Notes under the pieces: generated by a model
Databases searched by the model: none
What the model was told of the DNA's origin: nothing
What the model saw: the letters and a program-made list of their open reading frames with translations, nothing else
Shown here: one piece after another, positions 27,568-38,448 of the stretch
How the letters are laid out: each line of letters begins with the position of its first letter
Position numbering within the stretch: position 1 is the stretch's first letter
Position numbers and translations under genes: made by a program
Assembly (NCBI GenBank): GCA_044222475.1
Contig: JBGANF010000023.1
Span: forward strand, 1 to 64,000
Origin: Polyangiaceae bacterium
GTDB taxonomy: Bacteria; Myxococcota_A; Polyangia; Polyangiales; Polyangiaceae
Direction of reading: 5' to 3'
DNA: 64,000 nt

Positions 27568-28440
27568 ATGCCCGAACATACGTCCTGGTTCAGCTACCTC
27601 CTCGAATGGCTCATCGGTCACACCGCGCTCGAGCAGAACTTCCACTCCATCTTCGGGAGCTCGGTCTTCGGTAAGCCGGTCGGCGCGCACGCCGCCGAGC
27701 CGATCACGGCGAGCCTCTTCGTCGTGCTCCTGCTCGTCGCGCTCGCCGCGACCGTCGGGCCGAAGCTGCGCGACTACAAGAACTCGATCATCCCGGACGA
27801 GAAGCTGACCCTGCGGACCTTCTTCGAGGTCTTCATCGGGTACTTCTACGACATGATGAAGGCGATGATGGGCCCGAAGCGGGCCAAGCAGTTCTTCCCG
27901 CTCATCGGGACGGCGGCCTGCTTCATCTTCTTCGCGAACTTCCTCGGGATGATCCCCGGATTCCTTCCGCCGACGGCGAACTGGAACATCACCTGGGGCT
28001 GTTCGATCGTCGTCTTCGTGATGTTCAACTACTACGGCCTGCGGGAGAACGGCTTCGCCTACCTGAAGCACCTCGCCGGCCCGTGGCTCGGGTGGCCCTA
28101 CATCCCGATCAACATCCTCGTCCTCTTCATCGAGATCTTCGCCACCTGCCTGCGCGCGGTGACGCTCTCGATGCGTCTCATGATCAACCTCGCCGTCGAC
28201 CACCTGATCCTCGGCGTGTTCATCGGCCTCGTCGTGCTCGTGGTTCCGATGTTCCCGATGGCGCTCGGAACGATCGTCGCGGCGGTCCAGACGCTCGTGT
28301 TCTGCCTCCTCAGCTCGATCTACATCACGCTCGCGACCGAGCACGAGCACGACCACGAGCCGGGCCACTCCAAGGACCACGATGGCGGCCACGGCGAAGG
28401 CGAAAAACACGAGGACGAGGGCGAAGAGGCCCACGCCTGA
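27568..28440 (+). CDS. atpB: F0 ATP synthase subunit a
   Basis: NFLGMIPG, PPTAN, essential Arg in TLSMRL..N, VQTLVF; His/Glu-rich tail. Confidence 0.95.
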   Translation: MPEHTSWFSYLLEWLIGHTALEQNFHSIFGSSVFGKPVGAHAAEPITASLFVVLLLVALAATVGPKLRDYKNSIIPDEKLTLRTFFEVFIGYFYDMMKAMMGPKRAKQFFPLIGTAACFIFFANFLGMIPGFLPPTANWNITWGCSIVVFVMFNYYGLRENGFAYLKHLAGPWLGWPYIPINILVLFIEIFATCLRAVTLSMRLMINLAVDHLILGVFIGLVVLVVPMFPMALGTIVAAVQTLVFCLLSSIYITLATEHEHDHEPGHSKDHDGGHGEGEKHEDEGEEAHA

Positions 28441-28582
28441 AGCGGGCCTCCAAAAGCCTCTTCCCTCGGACGGAAAAAAGCACTACCTAGCGTCCCGCAG
28501 CACACGACTTCCGCGCCCCGGCTCAGCCGGCAGAGCGCACTTTGCATCCCACGATTCGCGAAAAGAGAAGGAGCCCCTGACG

Positions 28583-28921
28583 ATGTCGCTCAACAACGCC
28601 CTCACCCGCAAGCTCGTCCCGACGATGGCTGGTCTCGCCGTTTTCCTGATCCCCGTCGTGGCCATGGCGGAAGAGAAGGGCGCGTCCAACGAGAACGACA
28701 TGAAGATGGCCGCCTACATCGGCGCGGGCATCGCGGTCGGTCTCGGCGTCCTCGGCGGTACCCTCGGCCAGGGGCGCGCAGCCGCCTCCGCGCTCGAAGG
28801 CATCGCCCGCAACCCCGGCGCGGCCTCGAAGATCCAGACCCCGATGATCCTCGGCCTCGCCCTCATCGAGTCGCTCGTCCTCATCGCGTTCGCCATCGCC
28901 TGGCAGCTTCAGGGCAAGTGA
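28583..28921 (+). CDS. atpE: F0 ATP synthase subunit c with N-terminal extension
   Basis: Gly-rich helix, ARNP loop, ion-binding Glu in LIES; RBS AAGGAG. Confidence 0.97.
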   Translation: MSLNNALTRKLVPTMAGLAVFLIPVVAMAEEKGASNENDMKMAAYIGAGIAVGLGVLGGTLGQGRAAASALEGIARNPGAASKIQTPMILGLALIESLVLIAFAIAWQLQGK

Positions 28922-28959
28922 ACGCAACGCGCTCCGCTCGCGCAAGCGAGTGAGCGAGG

Positions 28960-28994
28960 AAAAGCTCTCCTCCGGTCACGGAGGGGAGCTTTTT
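28960..28994. terminator. Bidirectional rho-independent terminator
   Basis: AAAAGCTCTCCTCCG-GTCA-CGGAGGGGAGCTTTTT between the convergent atpE and ABC transporter genes. Confidence 0.9.
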
Positions 28995-28999
28995 CGTTT

Positions 29000-30787
29000 T
29001 CAGCGATACCCCTCGGCCTGCAGCTCGAACATCTTCGCGTAGCGACCGTGCGCCGCGACGAGCGAGTCGTGGGTGCCTTCCTCGACGACCTTGCCCTGCT
29101 CGAGGACCACGATGCGGTCGGCCATGCGCACCGTGGGAAACCGGTGCGAGATGACGATCGTCGTGCGTCCGTCCGCGAGCTCGCGGAAGCGCTGGAAGAC
29201 CGCGTGCTCGGCCTTGGCGTCGAGCGCAGCGGTGGGCTCGTCGAGGACCAGCACGTCGGCCTCTTCGCGCATGAACGCGCGCGCGAGCGCGATCTTCTGC
29301 CACTGCCCGCCCGACAGCTCGGCGCCGTCCTTGAACCAGCGACCGAGCTGCGTCTTGCCCTTCGCGGGCAAGGCATCGATCACCTCGCGCGCGCCGCCCC
29401 GCACCATCGCGCGGTCGAGGCGAGGCTCGTCGGACAGGTGGCCGACGCTCCCGACCCCGACGTTCTCGCCGGCGGGGAGCTGGTACTGCGCGAAGTCCTG
29501 GAACACGACGCCCAGGCGCTCGCGTAGCGTCACTTCGTCGATCGTGCGGAGGTCGCGCCCGTCGAGGAAGATGCGGCCCTTGGTCGGCTCGTAGAGGCGC
29601 GCGAGGAGCTTCACGAAGGTCGTCTTGCCGGCGCCGTTTTCGCCGACGAGGGCCACGCTCTGGCCGGCAGGGATGAAGAGGCTCACGTCGTCGAGCGCGG
29701 GGGTCTGTTTCCCCTCGTACGTGAACGTGACCCCCTCGAAGCGGATGCCCTTCTCGTCGCGCTCGGGGGTGCTCTCGTCCTTCGGCGACGGCGCGTTCTT
29801 GGTGGGCCGCTCGAGGAACCGGAACAGGTTCGACATGTAGAGGTTGTGCTCGTAGATGCTTCCGATGGCGCCGAGGACCGCGCTCAGCGAGGACTGGCCG
29901 CTGCGGAACGCCGTCACGTAGAGCGTCATGCTGCCGAGGGTGAGCAGGCCGGCGGCGGCGCCGATCGCCATCGACGCGTACGTTCCGTAGAACACGAGCG
30001 TCGCGAGGAGCGAGAGCCCGTGCGACAGCGCCGCGCGCCGCACCGCGAGCTTCTTGTCCTCTTCGTAGAACTTCTCGGCGAGCTCCTGGTAGCGCCCGAG
30101 GAAGAGCGACGCGAGGCCAAAGAGCTTCACCTCTTTGGCGTGCTCGTCGTTGGCGAGGACGTGCTCGTAGTACATCAAGCGGCGGGTCTCGGGAGACCGC
30201 CAGTTGCGGAGACGAAACATCGTCTTCGAGGTGCGCATCTCGGCGATGGTGGCGGGGATCGCGGCGAGGACGAGGAGCCCAGCGGCGAGAGGGCTGTAGC
30301 GGAAGAGCAGCGCGGCCCAGCCGACGAGGGTGAACGCGTTCTGCACGAGGGAGAACGCCTCGGTGACGAGCGCGACCGGGCGCGACGAAGCCTCGCGGCG
30401 CGCGCGGGTCAGCGAATCGTACGCCTCGGGATCCTCGAAGTCGCGGAGCGACATCGCGGTCGCACGGGCGAGGATCGCGACGTTCACGTCCACGCCGAGG
30501 CGCGCGCCGAGGACGCCGCGGATGAGGCTCAAGCTGCGCTGCGTGGTCGCCTGCGCGAAGACGGCGCCGAGCTCGAACGCGACCCACACCAGCGTCGCGT
30601 CGCGATCGTGCGCGACGATCGCGTCGACGATTCGCTTGCCACCCCAACCGATCGCGAGCGGGACGACCGACGCGAGGAGCGTGAGCGCGGCGAGGCCCAG
30701 CGTCATCGAGCGCGACACGCTCCACACGAGGCGAAGCGTCGCCCGGATGTGGGCAAGGGATTCGCGCAGGGACTTCAGCCAGGCCAT
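29000..30787 (-). CDS. ABC exporter, fused TMD + NBD
   Basis: TM domain, GENGAGKT, LSGGQWQ, LDEPT, ISHR. Confidence 0.95.
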   Translation of the reverse strand: MAWLKSLRESLAHIRATLRLVWSVSRSMTLGLAALTLLASVVPLAIGWGGKRIVDAIVAHDRDATLVWVAFELGAVFAQATTQRSLSLIRGVLGARLGVDVNVAILARATAMSLRDFEDPEAYDSLTRARREASSRPVALVTEAFSLVQNAFTLVGWAALLFRYSPLAAGLLVLAAIPATIAEMRTSKTMFRLRNWRSPETRRLMYYEHVLANDEHAKEVKLFGLASLFLGRYQELAEKFYEEDKKLAVRRAALSHGLSLLATLVFYGTYASMAIGAAAGLLTLGSMTLYVTAFRSGQSSLSAVLGAIGSIYEHNLYMSNLFRFLERPTKNAPSPKDESTPERDEKGIRFEGVTFTYEGKQTPALDDVSLFIPAGQSVALVGENGAGKTTFVKLLARLYEPTKGRIFLDGRDLRTIDEVTLRERLGVVFQDFAQYQLPAGENVGVGSVGHLSDEPRLDRAMVRGGAREVIDALPAKGKTQLGRWFKDGAELSGGQWQKIALARAFMREEADVLVLDEPTAALDAKAEHAVFQRFRELADGRTTIVISHRFPTVRMADRIVVLEQGKVVEEGTHDSLVAAHGRYAKMFELQAEGYR

Positions 30788-30845
30788 GGATCAGGAGCAT
30801 CGTGCGCCCGAACCGGCCGGCGCGCACCTGGTCGAATTGTCGGGC

Positions 30846-32561
30846 TTACTTTCGGCGTGCGCGGATCAGGTCACCGATCCAGTGCCCGACGAGGCCGACG
30901 GCCGCGAGGCTGATCATCGTGATGCCCCACGGATCGCGGCCGCCGTGCAGGAGGACGGCGCCGCTGAGGAACAAGAGGCCGATGATCGCCCCCGAGAAGA
31001 CGCGACGACTGGCGCGATCGAGGATGCCGTGCATCCGGGGATCGCCCGTGCGGAGCATGAGGCGCCCGAGCCGGAGATCGTCGAGGACCTCGCGGAGCTG
31101 GAGCGGGAGATCGCTCCCGGCGCGGCTGATCTGCTCGAAGTTCCGCCAGAGCTCCATCCCGATGCGCTCGGGCGAGTAGCGCTGCTTCAGAAGCTCGGTG
31201 AAGTACGGCTGCGCTTCACCGAAGACGTCGAGATCGGGATCGAGCTCCTTGCCGATGCCCTCGATCGTCATGATCGCCTTGCCGACGAGCATGAAGTCCG
31301 GCGGAATCTCGAGGCCGTACTTCATCGCGCCTTGCACGAGATCACGGATCATCGAGGAGAGGTCGATCTCGCGCAGCGGCCGGCCGAGGTACTTCTCGGC
31401 GAGGAGCGCGACCTCTGCGCGGTACTCGCGCATCTCGATCTTTTTCGTGGGGCGGCCGATCAAGTAGAGCGCGTCGGCGACTGCGTACGGATCGTTGCGT
31501 GCAGCGGCGACCATCAGGTCGATCGTACGATCGCGAAGGTCGGGGCTCAGACGCCCGACCATGCCGGCGTCGATCAAGCCGACGACCGGCGCGTCGTCGT
31601 CGCCGATGATGATGATGTTCCCCGGGTGCGGATCGGCGTGGAAGAAGCCGTCCTCGAAGATCATCTTGATGATCACGCCGACGGACTGCTTCGCGATCTT
31701 CTTGCCGTCGGCGCCCGCTTCGACGGCCTTCGTGACCTTGAGCCCCGGGAAGAACTCCTGGGTGAGGACCTGCTTCGACGTCGCCTTGCGGTGGATCTTG
31801 GGAAAGCGAACGTGCGGATGTCCGCTGAAGTTCTTGCCGAAGCGCTCGGTGTTCTCCGCCTCGACCAGGAAGTTGAGCTCGCTCTTGATGGAGCGGTCGA
31901 ACTGCTGAACGAGCGCGGTCGGCGAGTAGATCTTGGTCTCGGGGACGGCGCGCTCGAGAGCGGCCGCGAGGACGTGGAGCAGGTCCAGGTCGCGTGCCAC
32001 CGTGTCGGCGACGCCGGGGCGCTGGACTTTCACGACGACCTCTTCGTCGCCCGCGTCGGTGCGGAGCGTCGCGCGGTGGACCTGGCCGATGGACGCGGTC
32101 GCCAGCGGCTTCTCTTCGAAGCGCAGGAACGTCTGGCTCAAGGGCGCGCCGAGGCTCTTCTCGACCTGGGCCTTGATCTCCTCGAACGGGACGGCCGGGA
32201 CGTCGTCTTGGAGCTTCTTGAGCTCCGTGATGATGTCGGCCGGGATGAGGTCGGGACGCGTCGACGCGATCTGACCGAGCTTGATGAAGCTCGGCCCGAG
32301 CTCTTGCGCCACGAGGCGGATGCGGACCGGCGTCGAGACATTCTGCTGGGCCTCGTCGCCCTTGGCGAGCTCGCCCTCGGCGATCTCCAGGACCTCGCCG
32401 GCGCCGGACGGCGGCGGCTCGCTCTGCCCGCTCGGCTTCTCTTTCTTCCGGCGGCCGACCCCGATGCGGGTGACGATCTCGCCGAAGCCATGGCGCACGA
32501 GCACCGTGGTGATCTCGCGCATCCGCCCGAGATCACGAACTGCGCCGAGGACGGAAACCAA
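30846..32561 (-). CDS. AarF/UbiB (ABC1) family atypical kinase
   Basis: ELGPSFIKLGQ, ASIGQVH, VKVQRP, FHADPHPGN, LIDAGMVG; C-terminal TMs. Confidence 0.95.
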   Translation of the reverse strand: MVSVLGAVRDLGRMREITTVLVRHGFGEIVTRIGVGRRKKEKPSGQSEPPPSGAGEVLEIAEGELAKGDEAQQNVSTPVRIRLVAQELGPSFIKLGQIASTRPDLIPADIITELKKLQDDVPAVPFEEIKAQVEKSLGAPLSQTFLRFEEKPLATASIGQVHRATLRTDAGDEEVVVKVQRPGVADTVARDLDLLHVLAAALERAVPETKIYSPTALVQQFDRSIKSELNFLVEAENTERFGKNFSGHPHVRFPKIHRKATSKQVLTQEFFPGLKVTKAVEAGADGKKIAKQSVGVIIKMIFEDGFFHADPHPGNIIIIGDDDAPVVGLIDAGMVGRLSPDLRDRTIDLMVAAARNDPYAVADALYLIGRPTKKIEMREYRAEVALLAEKYLGRPLREIDLSSMIRDLVQGAMKYGLEIPPDFMLVGKAIMTIEGIGKELDPDLDVFGEAQPYFTELLKQRYSPERIGMELWRNFEQISRAGSDLPLQLREVLDDLRLGRLMLRTGDPRMHGILDRASRRVFSGAIIGLLFLSGAVLLHGGRDPWGITMISLAAVGLVGHWIGDLIRARRK

Positions 32562-32590
32562 CCTCGGCTCCTCAGCTCACGCGATCGCCG

Positions 32591-33124
32591 TCACTTGGCG
32601 CAGGTCTTGGTCTCGCAGAGCCAACCCAGCGCAGCGTCGGTCACGCCCGTGCGGCACATGCAGACGTCGTAGAGCGGCACGACGTTCTCGGGGCAGGTCT
32701 TGCCCGTGTAGTAGCAGAGCTTGCCGGACGTCTTGCACGTCGTGCCGTCGGCGACGGTGACCGACGCGGGGCACGCTTCGGCAGTCGGCGACGTGTTCTT
32801 GCAGAACGGGGCGACGTCGGTCGTGCCCGCGGGGATCACGTCCCCCAGCGAGGTCTTGCACTCGTAGGTGAGCGCGCCGTCGGAGCCCTTCAGGCAGGAG
32901 CACGTCGCCTGCTGAGCAAAGCCACCGGTGCAGTAGAAGCCGACTCCGCAGGAGTAGCCCTCGACGTTGCACTTCGCGCCTGCGCCCTTTTGGATGGTGT
33001 CCGGACAGACCGGCTTCGGCGTCGGCGTCGGCGTCGTCGTCGGGTCGTCGGAGCAAGCGACGCCCAGGCCAATGGCGCCAACCAAGAGAAGACCAGTGAT
33101 AGCCGCGCGCGGGAGCGTCAACAT
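32591..33124 (-). CDS. Cys-rich lipoprotein
   Basis: Lipobox VAC; two repeated Cys-rich modules (CP...C...C.C...W/Y.C). Confidence 0.8.
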   Translation of the reverse strand: MLTLPRAAITGLLLVGAIGLGVACSDDPTTTPTPTPKPVCPDTIQKGAGAKCNVEGYSCGVGFYCTGGFAQQATCSCLKGSDGALTYECKTSLGDVIPAGTTDVAPFCKNTSPTAEACPASVTVADGTTCKTSGKLCYYTGKTCPENVVPLYDVCMCRTGVTDAALGWLCETKTCAK

Positions 33125-33311
33125 TCGAAGGAGTCCTTCCGAAAATGAGTGCCGGCGGTGTTTACCGAGCTTCGCGGCAAATCTCAACAACCACCTGTAC
33201 GCGAACGCGACTTCGCGCAGCCATACGTTCAGGTGGCTGCCTCGGGAGGTCGGTTTTGTGCCCGTTTGACCGCCGGAGGGGCAAAATTGCGCCCCTGCTC
33301 GCCGTGGCGCT

Positions 33312-34592
33312 TCAGCGGACGCGAACCACGGTGCCTTTGTCGTTCGGGGCCGGGAGGATCGCCGCCATGCCCGCACCGAGCTTCGGACCAGTGAACCGAA
33401 AGAGCCAGCGCGCGTCGGCGGGCGCGAGGTTCACGCAGCCGTGGCTGTGCACGTGACCGAAGTCGCTGTGCCAGAAGACTCCATGGAGCGCGATCGCCTT
33501 GTCGAAGAACTGGACGTAGGGAACGTCCTCCATCGAGTAGCGATGATCGGCTTCGTCGGCCTCGAGGTTGTCCATCGTGCTCGTCGTGAGCTTGACCCAG
33601 ATGCGGAACGTCCCCGGTCGCGTCGCGCTGTCGGTACCGGGTGCGCCCTTTCCAGTCGAGACGAGGGTGGCGAACACCGGCGACGTGCCCTCGTAGGCGA
33701 CGAGCGTCTGCGTCGAGCGGTCGACGTCGATCCATCGCTCGCCCTCCGCCACGCCCGCGGGCAGCGGACCAAGCGTGGGCTTCGCGAGGACGCGGCGATC
33801 GATCCACATCGGCGGGGTCACGCCGTCGTCGGAGATGCGGACCATGGCGCCGGTGCCCGGTGAGCCTGCGCGCTCCTCGCGTACGGCGACGACCTCGAAC
33901 TTGGCCCTCGTGCCCACCACTTTGCCCCGCGCGATCGACGCGTACACCGGGCTTCGATCGACGAGGACCCAGGCAAAGTCGAGGCTCGATCGCTCCTCAC
34001 CGTGAAACCCGGAGGGGCGTACGGCGCCGAGGTCGCGCAAGGCGACCCACGGTCCGTGGTGAGTCCGCCCCCACGTCTCGCCCCCCTTGATGCGCTCCTC
34101 CACGACCGCGACGGCGAAGCCCGGATCGAGCTGCTCGTCCGGTGCTTCGTCACCAGCGCGCGCCAGGTCGAGGTAGCCGTTCGCCCCTTCCTTGCCGACG
34201 AAGTAGTAGCGATACGGAAGGGCGTCGCTACCGGCGAGCGGCAGCCCGTCGCGCGACGCAGGGAGCGGGTCCGACGTGGAGAGCTCGACGAGGTCGGAGC
34301 ACAGCCAGCCGCTCGTACCAACTTGGTAAAAACGACCGCCGCAACCGGGCCCTCGTGCGGCACCGTAGATGGGCAGCGGCATGCCGCCGATCGCGGTACC
34401 ACGACGCTCGGAGTCACCGCGGGGCGCGAGGAGGATGGGCTGCTCGGAGCCTTTCGCCACGAGCGAGCGAGCCCAGGTCGGGAGGGGGATCTCGCCGGCC
34501 GGGCTCCACGGCGGGGTGGAGCCGTCGGCCCAAGCCGTGGCCGCAGCGGTGGCGGCGAGGAGGCCGAGGACGAGCCCACGAACGAAGCGCAT
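33312..34592 (-). CDS. L,D-transpeptidase (YkuD family)
   Basis: Signal peptide; [18 protein letters not shown]...[12 protein letters not shown] catalytic motif. Confidence 0.93.
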   Translation of the reverse strand: MRFVRGLVLGLLAATAAATAWADGSTPPWSPAGEIPLPTWARSLVAKGSEQPILLAPRGDSERRGTAIGGMPLPIYGAARGPGCGGRFYQVGTSGWLCSDLVELSTSDPLPASRDGLPLAGSDALPYRYYFVGKEGANGYLDLARAGDEAPDEQLDPGFAVAVVEERIKGGETWGRTHHGPWVALRDLGAVRPSGFHGEERSSLDFAWVLVDRSPVYASIARGKVVGTRAKFEVVAVREERAGSPGTGAMVRISDDGVTPPMWIDRRVLAKPTLGPLPAGVAEGERWIDVDRSTQTLVAYEGTSPVFATLVSTGKGAPGTDSATRPGTFRIWVKLTTSTMDNLEADEADHRYSMEDVPYVQFFDKAIALHGVFWHSDFGHVHSHGCVNLAPADARWLFRFTGPKLGAGMAAILPAPNDKGTVVRVR

Positions 34593-34606
34593 CGTGCGGT
34601 TGTCCC

Positions 34607-36448
34607 TCAGGTTCGGCCCTGGGGCAACCGAACCTCGAACGTCGCTCCGCGCTTCGACGAGTGGACGACGACCGTCCCACCGTGCTCGTCGGCGATCTTC
34701 TTGACGATCGCCAGGCCGAGCCCGGTTCCGCCCTTCTTGCCGCTCGTGACGAAGCTCTGGAAGAGGCGCGGCTCGATCTCCTTGGGGATCCCCGGTCCAG
34801 TATCGGAGAACGTGAGCACGAGCTCCTCCCCTCCTCCGTTCGCCTTCTTCTCGCTCTTTCGCTCGCGGCGCACCTTGATCGAAAACTTCCCACCTTTTTC
34901 GGCCATGGCCTCCATCGCGTTGCGCGCGAGGTTGTGCACGACGCGGAGGATCTTGCCCTCGTCGAAGCGCGCGGTGCCGCGATCCTGAACGTCGACCTCG
35001 AGCTCGATGTCGAAGCGGCTCAGCTGGGATTCGAGGTGCTCCTTCACGTCGGCGAAGAAGCGCTCGAGGTACACCTTGCGCACGAGCACGTTCCGCTCGC
35101 CGCGCGCGAACTCGAGCACCTCGCGCTGCATCGCCGCGATGTGATCGAACTGCTTGAGAACCGACTCCGCGTACTCGTTCCGTTTGTCCTGGGACGTGGC
35201 GGTCTGCATCAGCTGCACGTACCCGCTGATGACGGTGAGCGGCGTCTTCATGTCGTGGATGACGCCGGAGAGCAAGCGGCCGATCGTCGAGAGGCGCTCC
35301 TCGCGCTCGCGCTGCTCGCGGGCGATCTGGAGGCGAATCGCGGTCGACGCGTTCGCTGCGACGAGGAGCAACAAGGACTTGTCCTCCTCGTCGAAGCCGC
35401 CGGGATCGCGCTTGTTGTAGAGCGCGATCGCGCCCATCGCGTCGCGGTCTTCGCCTTCGAGCGGCACCGCGAGCGCGGTCTGGGAGCTGAACCCGATGCG
35501 GGCATCGAGCTCGGGATCGGTACGCTTGTCGTGCGGAGCCTGATCGGTCTGGACGACCTCGTTGTGGCGCATCGCGTGACCGATGAGCCCCTGCCCCTCG
35601 CGCAGCGGGAACCGCCGAAGCCGCTTGTGCTTGTCGTCCACCAGGTAGAGGGCGATCGCGCCGGAGCCCGACTCGCGCAGGGCGACGGCCGCCGCGCGCG
35701 CACCGCTCGAGCGCATGGCCTCACCGAGGACGGCCATGAAGAGCTCTTCGAGCGACGCGGCGCGCGCCATCGCGCTCTCGAGCGAGAACAACAGCTTGAG
35801 ATCGCGGACGCGATGCTCGAGCTGCTTCTTCGTCTCGACGAGCTCGCGGTTCTGCGCGACCGTCTCGCTGAAGAGGCGTGCGTTGTCGAGCGCGACGGCG
35901 GCCTGGGTCGCGAGCGCGGAGAGCAGCTCGGCGTCGTCCTTGGTGAAGTCGCCGCGCTTCTTGTTGAGGACCTGGATGACCCCGATCGTCCGACCGAGGT
36001 GGTTCTTCATCGGCGCCGCGAGGATCGTCCGCGTGCGGTAGCCGGAGAGCATGTCCCACTCGGGGGAGAACCTCGGGTCCTTGTAGGCGTCGCGGACCAG
36101 CATCAGCTTGCCGGACTTGGCGACGTGACCGGCGATGCCGTACCCGTTCTGCATCCGGATCGCCCGCACCTCGGCGCCCTGAACGATGCGCGAGACGAGC
36201 TCGTCCTTGTTCTCGTCGAGGAGGTACAAGGTCGCGCGGTCGGCTTCGAGCGCCTCGGTAACCTTGTCGAGGATGAGCTCGAGCACTTTGTCGAGCTCGA
36301 GGGTCGTGCCGAGGGCGAGCCCGACCTCGCGGAGCGCAGACGAGATCCGCTGCTCTCGAGCGAGAGCCTCCTGGAGATCCGTCACTTGCGGCCGATCCGG
36401 CCGCACGCGGAGATCCCGAGTCGAGCGGGCTTCCGTCTTCTGCGTCAC
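34607..36448 (-). CDS. Cytoplasmic GAF-GAF histidine kinase
   Basis: Two GAF domains ([17 protein letters not shown]...D), H-box HDMKTPL, NLARNA, DTGPGI, GTGLGL. Confidence 0.95.
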   Translation of the reverse strand: MTQKTEARSTRDLRVRPDRPQVTDLQEALAREQRISSALREVGLALGTTLELDKVLELILDKVTEALEADRATLYLLDENKDELVSRIVQGAEVRAIRMQNGYGIAGHVAKSGKLMLVRDAYKDPRFSPEWDMLSGYRTRTILAAPMKNHLGRTIGVIQVLNKKRGDFTKDDAELLSALATQAAVALDNARLFSETVAQNRELVETKKQLEHRVRDLKLLFSLESAMARAASLEELFMAVLGEAMRSSGARAAAVALRESGSGAIALYLVDDKHKRLRRFPLREGQGLIGHAMRHNEVVQTDQAPHDKRTDPELDARIGFSSQTALAVPLEGEDRDAMGAIALYNKRDPGGFDEEDKSLLLLVAANASTAIRLQIAREQREREERLSTIGRLLSGVIHDMKTPLTVISGYVQLMQTATSQDKRNEYAESVLKQFDHIAAMQREVLEFARGERNVLVRKVYLERFFADVKEHLESQLSRFDIELEVDVQDRGTARFDEGKILRVVHNLARNAMEAMAEKGGKFSIKVRRERKSEKKANGGGEELVLTFSDTGPGIPKEIEPRLFQSFVTSGKKGGTGLGLAIVKKIADEHGGTVVVHSSKRGATFEVRLPQGRT

Positions 36449-36537
36449 CCCGCCATTCTATCGGGGCCTGGCGGACGCCGTGCCGCGAAAATGGGCGTGG
36501 ATTGGCCGGGGAGCATCGCCTACGATTCGCGGTTCCG

Positions 36538-37260
36538 ATGGCTCCGAAAACGCTCGTCGTCACGCCGACCTACAACGAGCGAGAGAACCTCCCCACGTTC
36601 GTCGCTTCCGTCCGCGGGAGCATGAAGGACGCCGACGTGCTCGTCGTCGACGACGCCTCGCCCGACGGCACCGGCGCGATCGCGGACGAGCTGGCCGCCG
36701 CCGACGACCACGTGAAGGTGATGCACCGCGCGGGGAAGCTCGGGCTCGGCACTGCCTACGTCGAAGCGTTCACCTGGGGCTTGGCTCGCGGATACGAGCG
36801 TTTCTTCGAGATGGACGCCGATCTCTCGCACGACGTCCGGTACCTCCCCGATTTCGTTCGCGCCCTCGACGACGGCGCCGACGTCGTGATCGGCTCGCGA
36901 AACATCCCCGGGGGTGGCGTCCACGGTTGGGGTCCAGTGCGTCACCTCGTCTCCAAAGGGGGGTCGCTCTACTCTCGTACCATCTTGGGATTGGATGTCC
37001 GCGATCTCACGAGCGGGTACAAAGCCTTCTCGCGCCGCGCGCTCGAGGCCATCGACCTCGCGTCGATTCGATCCAACGGGTATTCGTTCCAGATCGAGAT
37101 GACCTACCGCGCGCACCTGCGCGGGATGAAGATCGCCGAAGTACCGATCGTCTTCGTCGATCGACGCGTCGGCCACTCGAAGATGAGCCGCAAGATCTTC
37201 CTCGAAGCGATCGGCGTCGTCTGGAAGCTCCGACGCGACGGAGCGGCGGGCAAGCTGTGA
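36538..37260 (+). CDS. Polyprenol monophosphomannose synthase-like glycosyltransferase (GT2)
   Basis: PTYNE, VDDASPDGT, GLGTAY, MDADLSH, GYSFQIE. Confidence 0.93.
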   Translation: MAPKTLVVTPTYNERENLPTFVASVRGSMKDADVLVVDDASPDGTGAIADELAAADDHVKVMHRAGKLGLGTAYVEAFTWGLARGYERFFEMDADLSHDVRYLPDFVRALDDGADVVIGSRNIPGGGVHGWGPVRHLVSKGGSLYSRTILGLDVRDLTSGYKAFSRRALEAIDLASIRSNGYSFQIEMTYRAHLRGMKIAEVPIVFVDRRVGHSKMSRKIFLEAIGVVWKLRRDGAAGKL

Positions 37261-38447
37261 GCGTTCGATTCCACTTCGACTACTCGTGCCCCTATGCGTA
37301 CCTGGCCTCCACCCAGATCGCGCGGCTCGAGGAGGTCCTCGGCGCGCCGGTGGAGTACGCGCCGATGCTTCTCGGCGGGGTTTTCGCCGCCGCCGGCACG
37401 CCGCAGAACCTGATGAACGTGCTCTCTCCGGCGAAGGCGGCGCACAACTTCGCCGACATGATGCGCTGGGCCGAGCTCTTCCGCGTGCCGCTCACCGTTC
37501 CGTCGACGCACCCGATGCGCACGGTCGAGGCCCTGCGGGCCACGCTGGTGACCGGCATCGATCGCAAGGTCGTCGCCGGGTTCTACGAGGCCTATTGGGT
37601 GCGGGGAGAGCCCATCAGCGAGGAGCGCGTGCTCCGGCGCGTGCTCTCCGAGGCAGGCCACGATCCCGACGCCGTCCTGCCCCGCCTCGGCGAGATGAAG
37701 GACGACCTGCGCGCTCGGACCGACGAGGCGGTGAAGGCCGGCGTCTTCGGGGCGCCCGCGTTCGTTCGCGACGGGGAGCTCTACTGGGGTCAAGACCGGC
37801 TGCATTTCGTCGCACGGACGACGTTGGAACGTTTCTACGGCATCGGGAGTACCAAAATGGGACAGCACACGCTCGAAGTGTATTTCGATTTCTCGTCGCC
37901 GTTCGCCTACCTCGGTTGCACGCAGGCCGAGGCGCTCGCGGAGCGCACGGGGGCGAAGCTCGTGTGGCAACCGATGCTTCTCGGCGGCTTGTTCAAGGAG
38001 ATCGGGCAGGTCGGCGTGCCGATGGCCTCGTGGAGCCCCGCCAAGCAAGAGCACACGTACAAGGACCTGCACCGCTGGGCCGAGTACTGGGGAGTGCCGT
38101 TCAAGTTCTCGTCGCACTTCCCGATCAACACCGTCAAGGCGATGCGCTGCTACCTCGCGCTGCCGGACGACAAGAAGGCCGACTTCCGCAAGCGCGCGTT
38201 CGCCGCGGCGTGGGCGGAGGATCGCAACCTCGCAGACGACGCGGTCTTGAAGGAGCTGATCGGTGACGGCGCCGACGCGATCCTCGCGAAGACCCAAGAG
38301 CCGGCGATCAAGGAGCTGCTCATCGCGCAGACGAAGAAGGCGAAGGAGCTCGGCGCCTTCGGCGCGCCCACCTGGGTCGTCGATGGGAAGGACCTGTACT
38401 GGGGCCAAGACCGGATCGTCCTCGTCGAGCGCGCGTTGAGGGCCTAG
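37257..38447 (+). CDS. Tandem DsbA-like / 2-hydroxychromene-2-carboxylate isomerase (GST kappa) two-domain protein
   Basis: Two full domains, FDYSCPYAY...GVFGAP...WGQDR and FDFSSPFAY...GAFGAP...WGQDR, in one frame; GTG start overlaps the upstream TGA. Confidence 0.88.
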   Translation: MSVRFHFDYSCPYAYLASTQIARLEEVLGAPVEYAPMLLGGVFAAAGTPQNLMNVLSPAKAAHNFADMMRWAELFRVPLTVPSTHPMRTVEALRATLVTGIDRKVVAGFYEAYWVRGEPISEERVLRRVLSEAGHDPDAVLPRLGEMKDDLRARTDEAVKAGVFGAPAFVRDGELYWGQDRLHFVARTTLERFYGIGSTKMGQHTLEVYFDFSSPFAYLGCTQAEALAERTGAKLVWQPMLLGGLFKEIGQVGVPMASWSPAKQEHTYKDLHRWAEYWGVPFKFSSHFPINTVKAMRCYLALPDDKKADFRKRAFAAAWAEDRNLADDAVLKELIGDGADAILAKTQEPAIKELLIAQTKKAKELGAFGAPTWVVDGKDLYWGQDRIVLVERALRA

Positions 38448-38448
38448 G

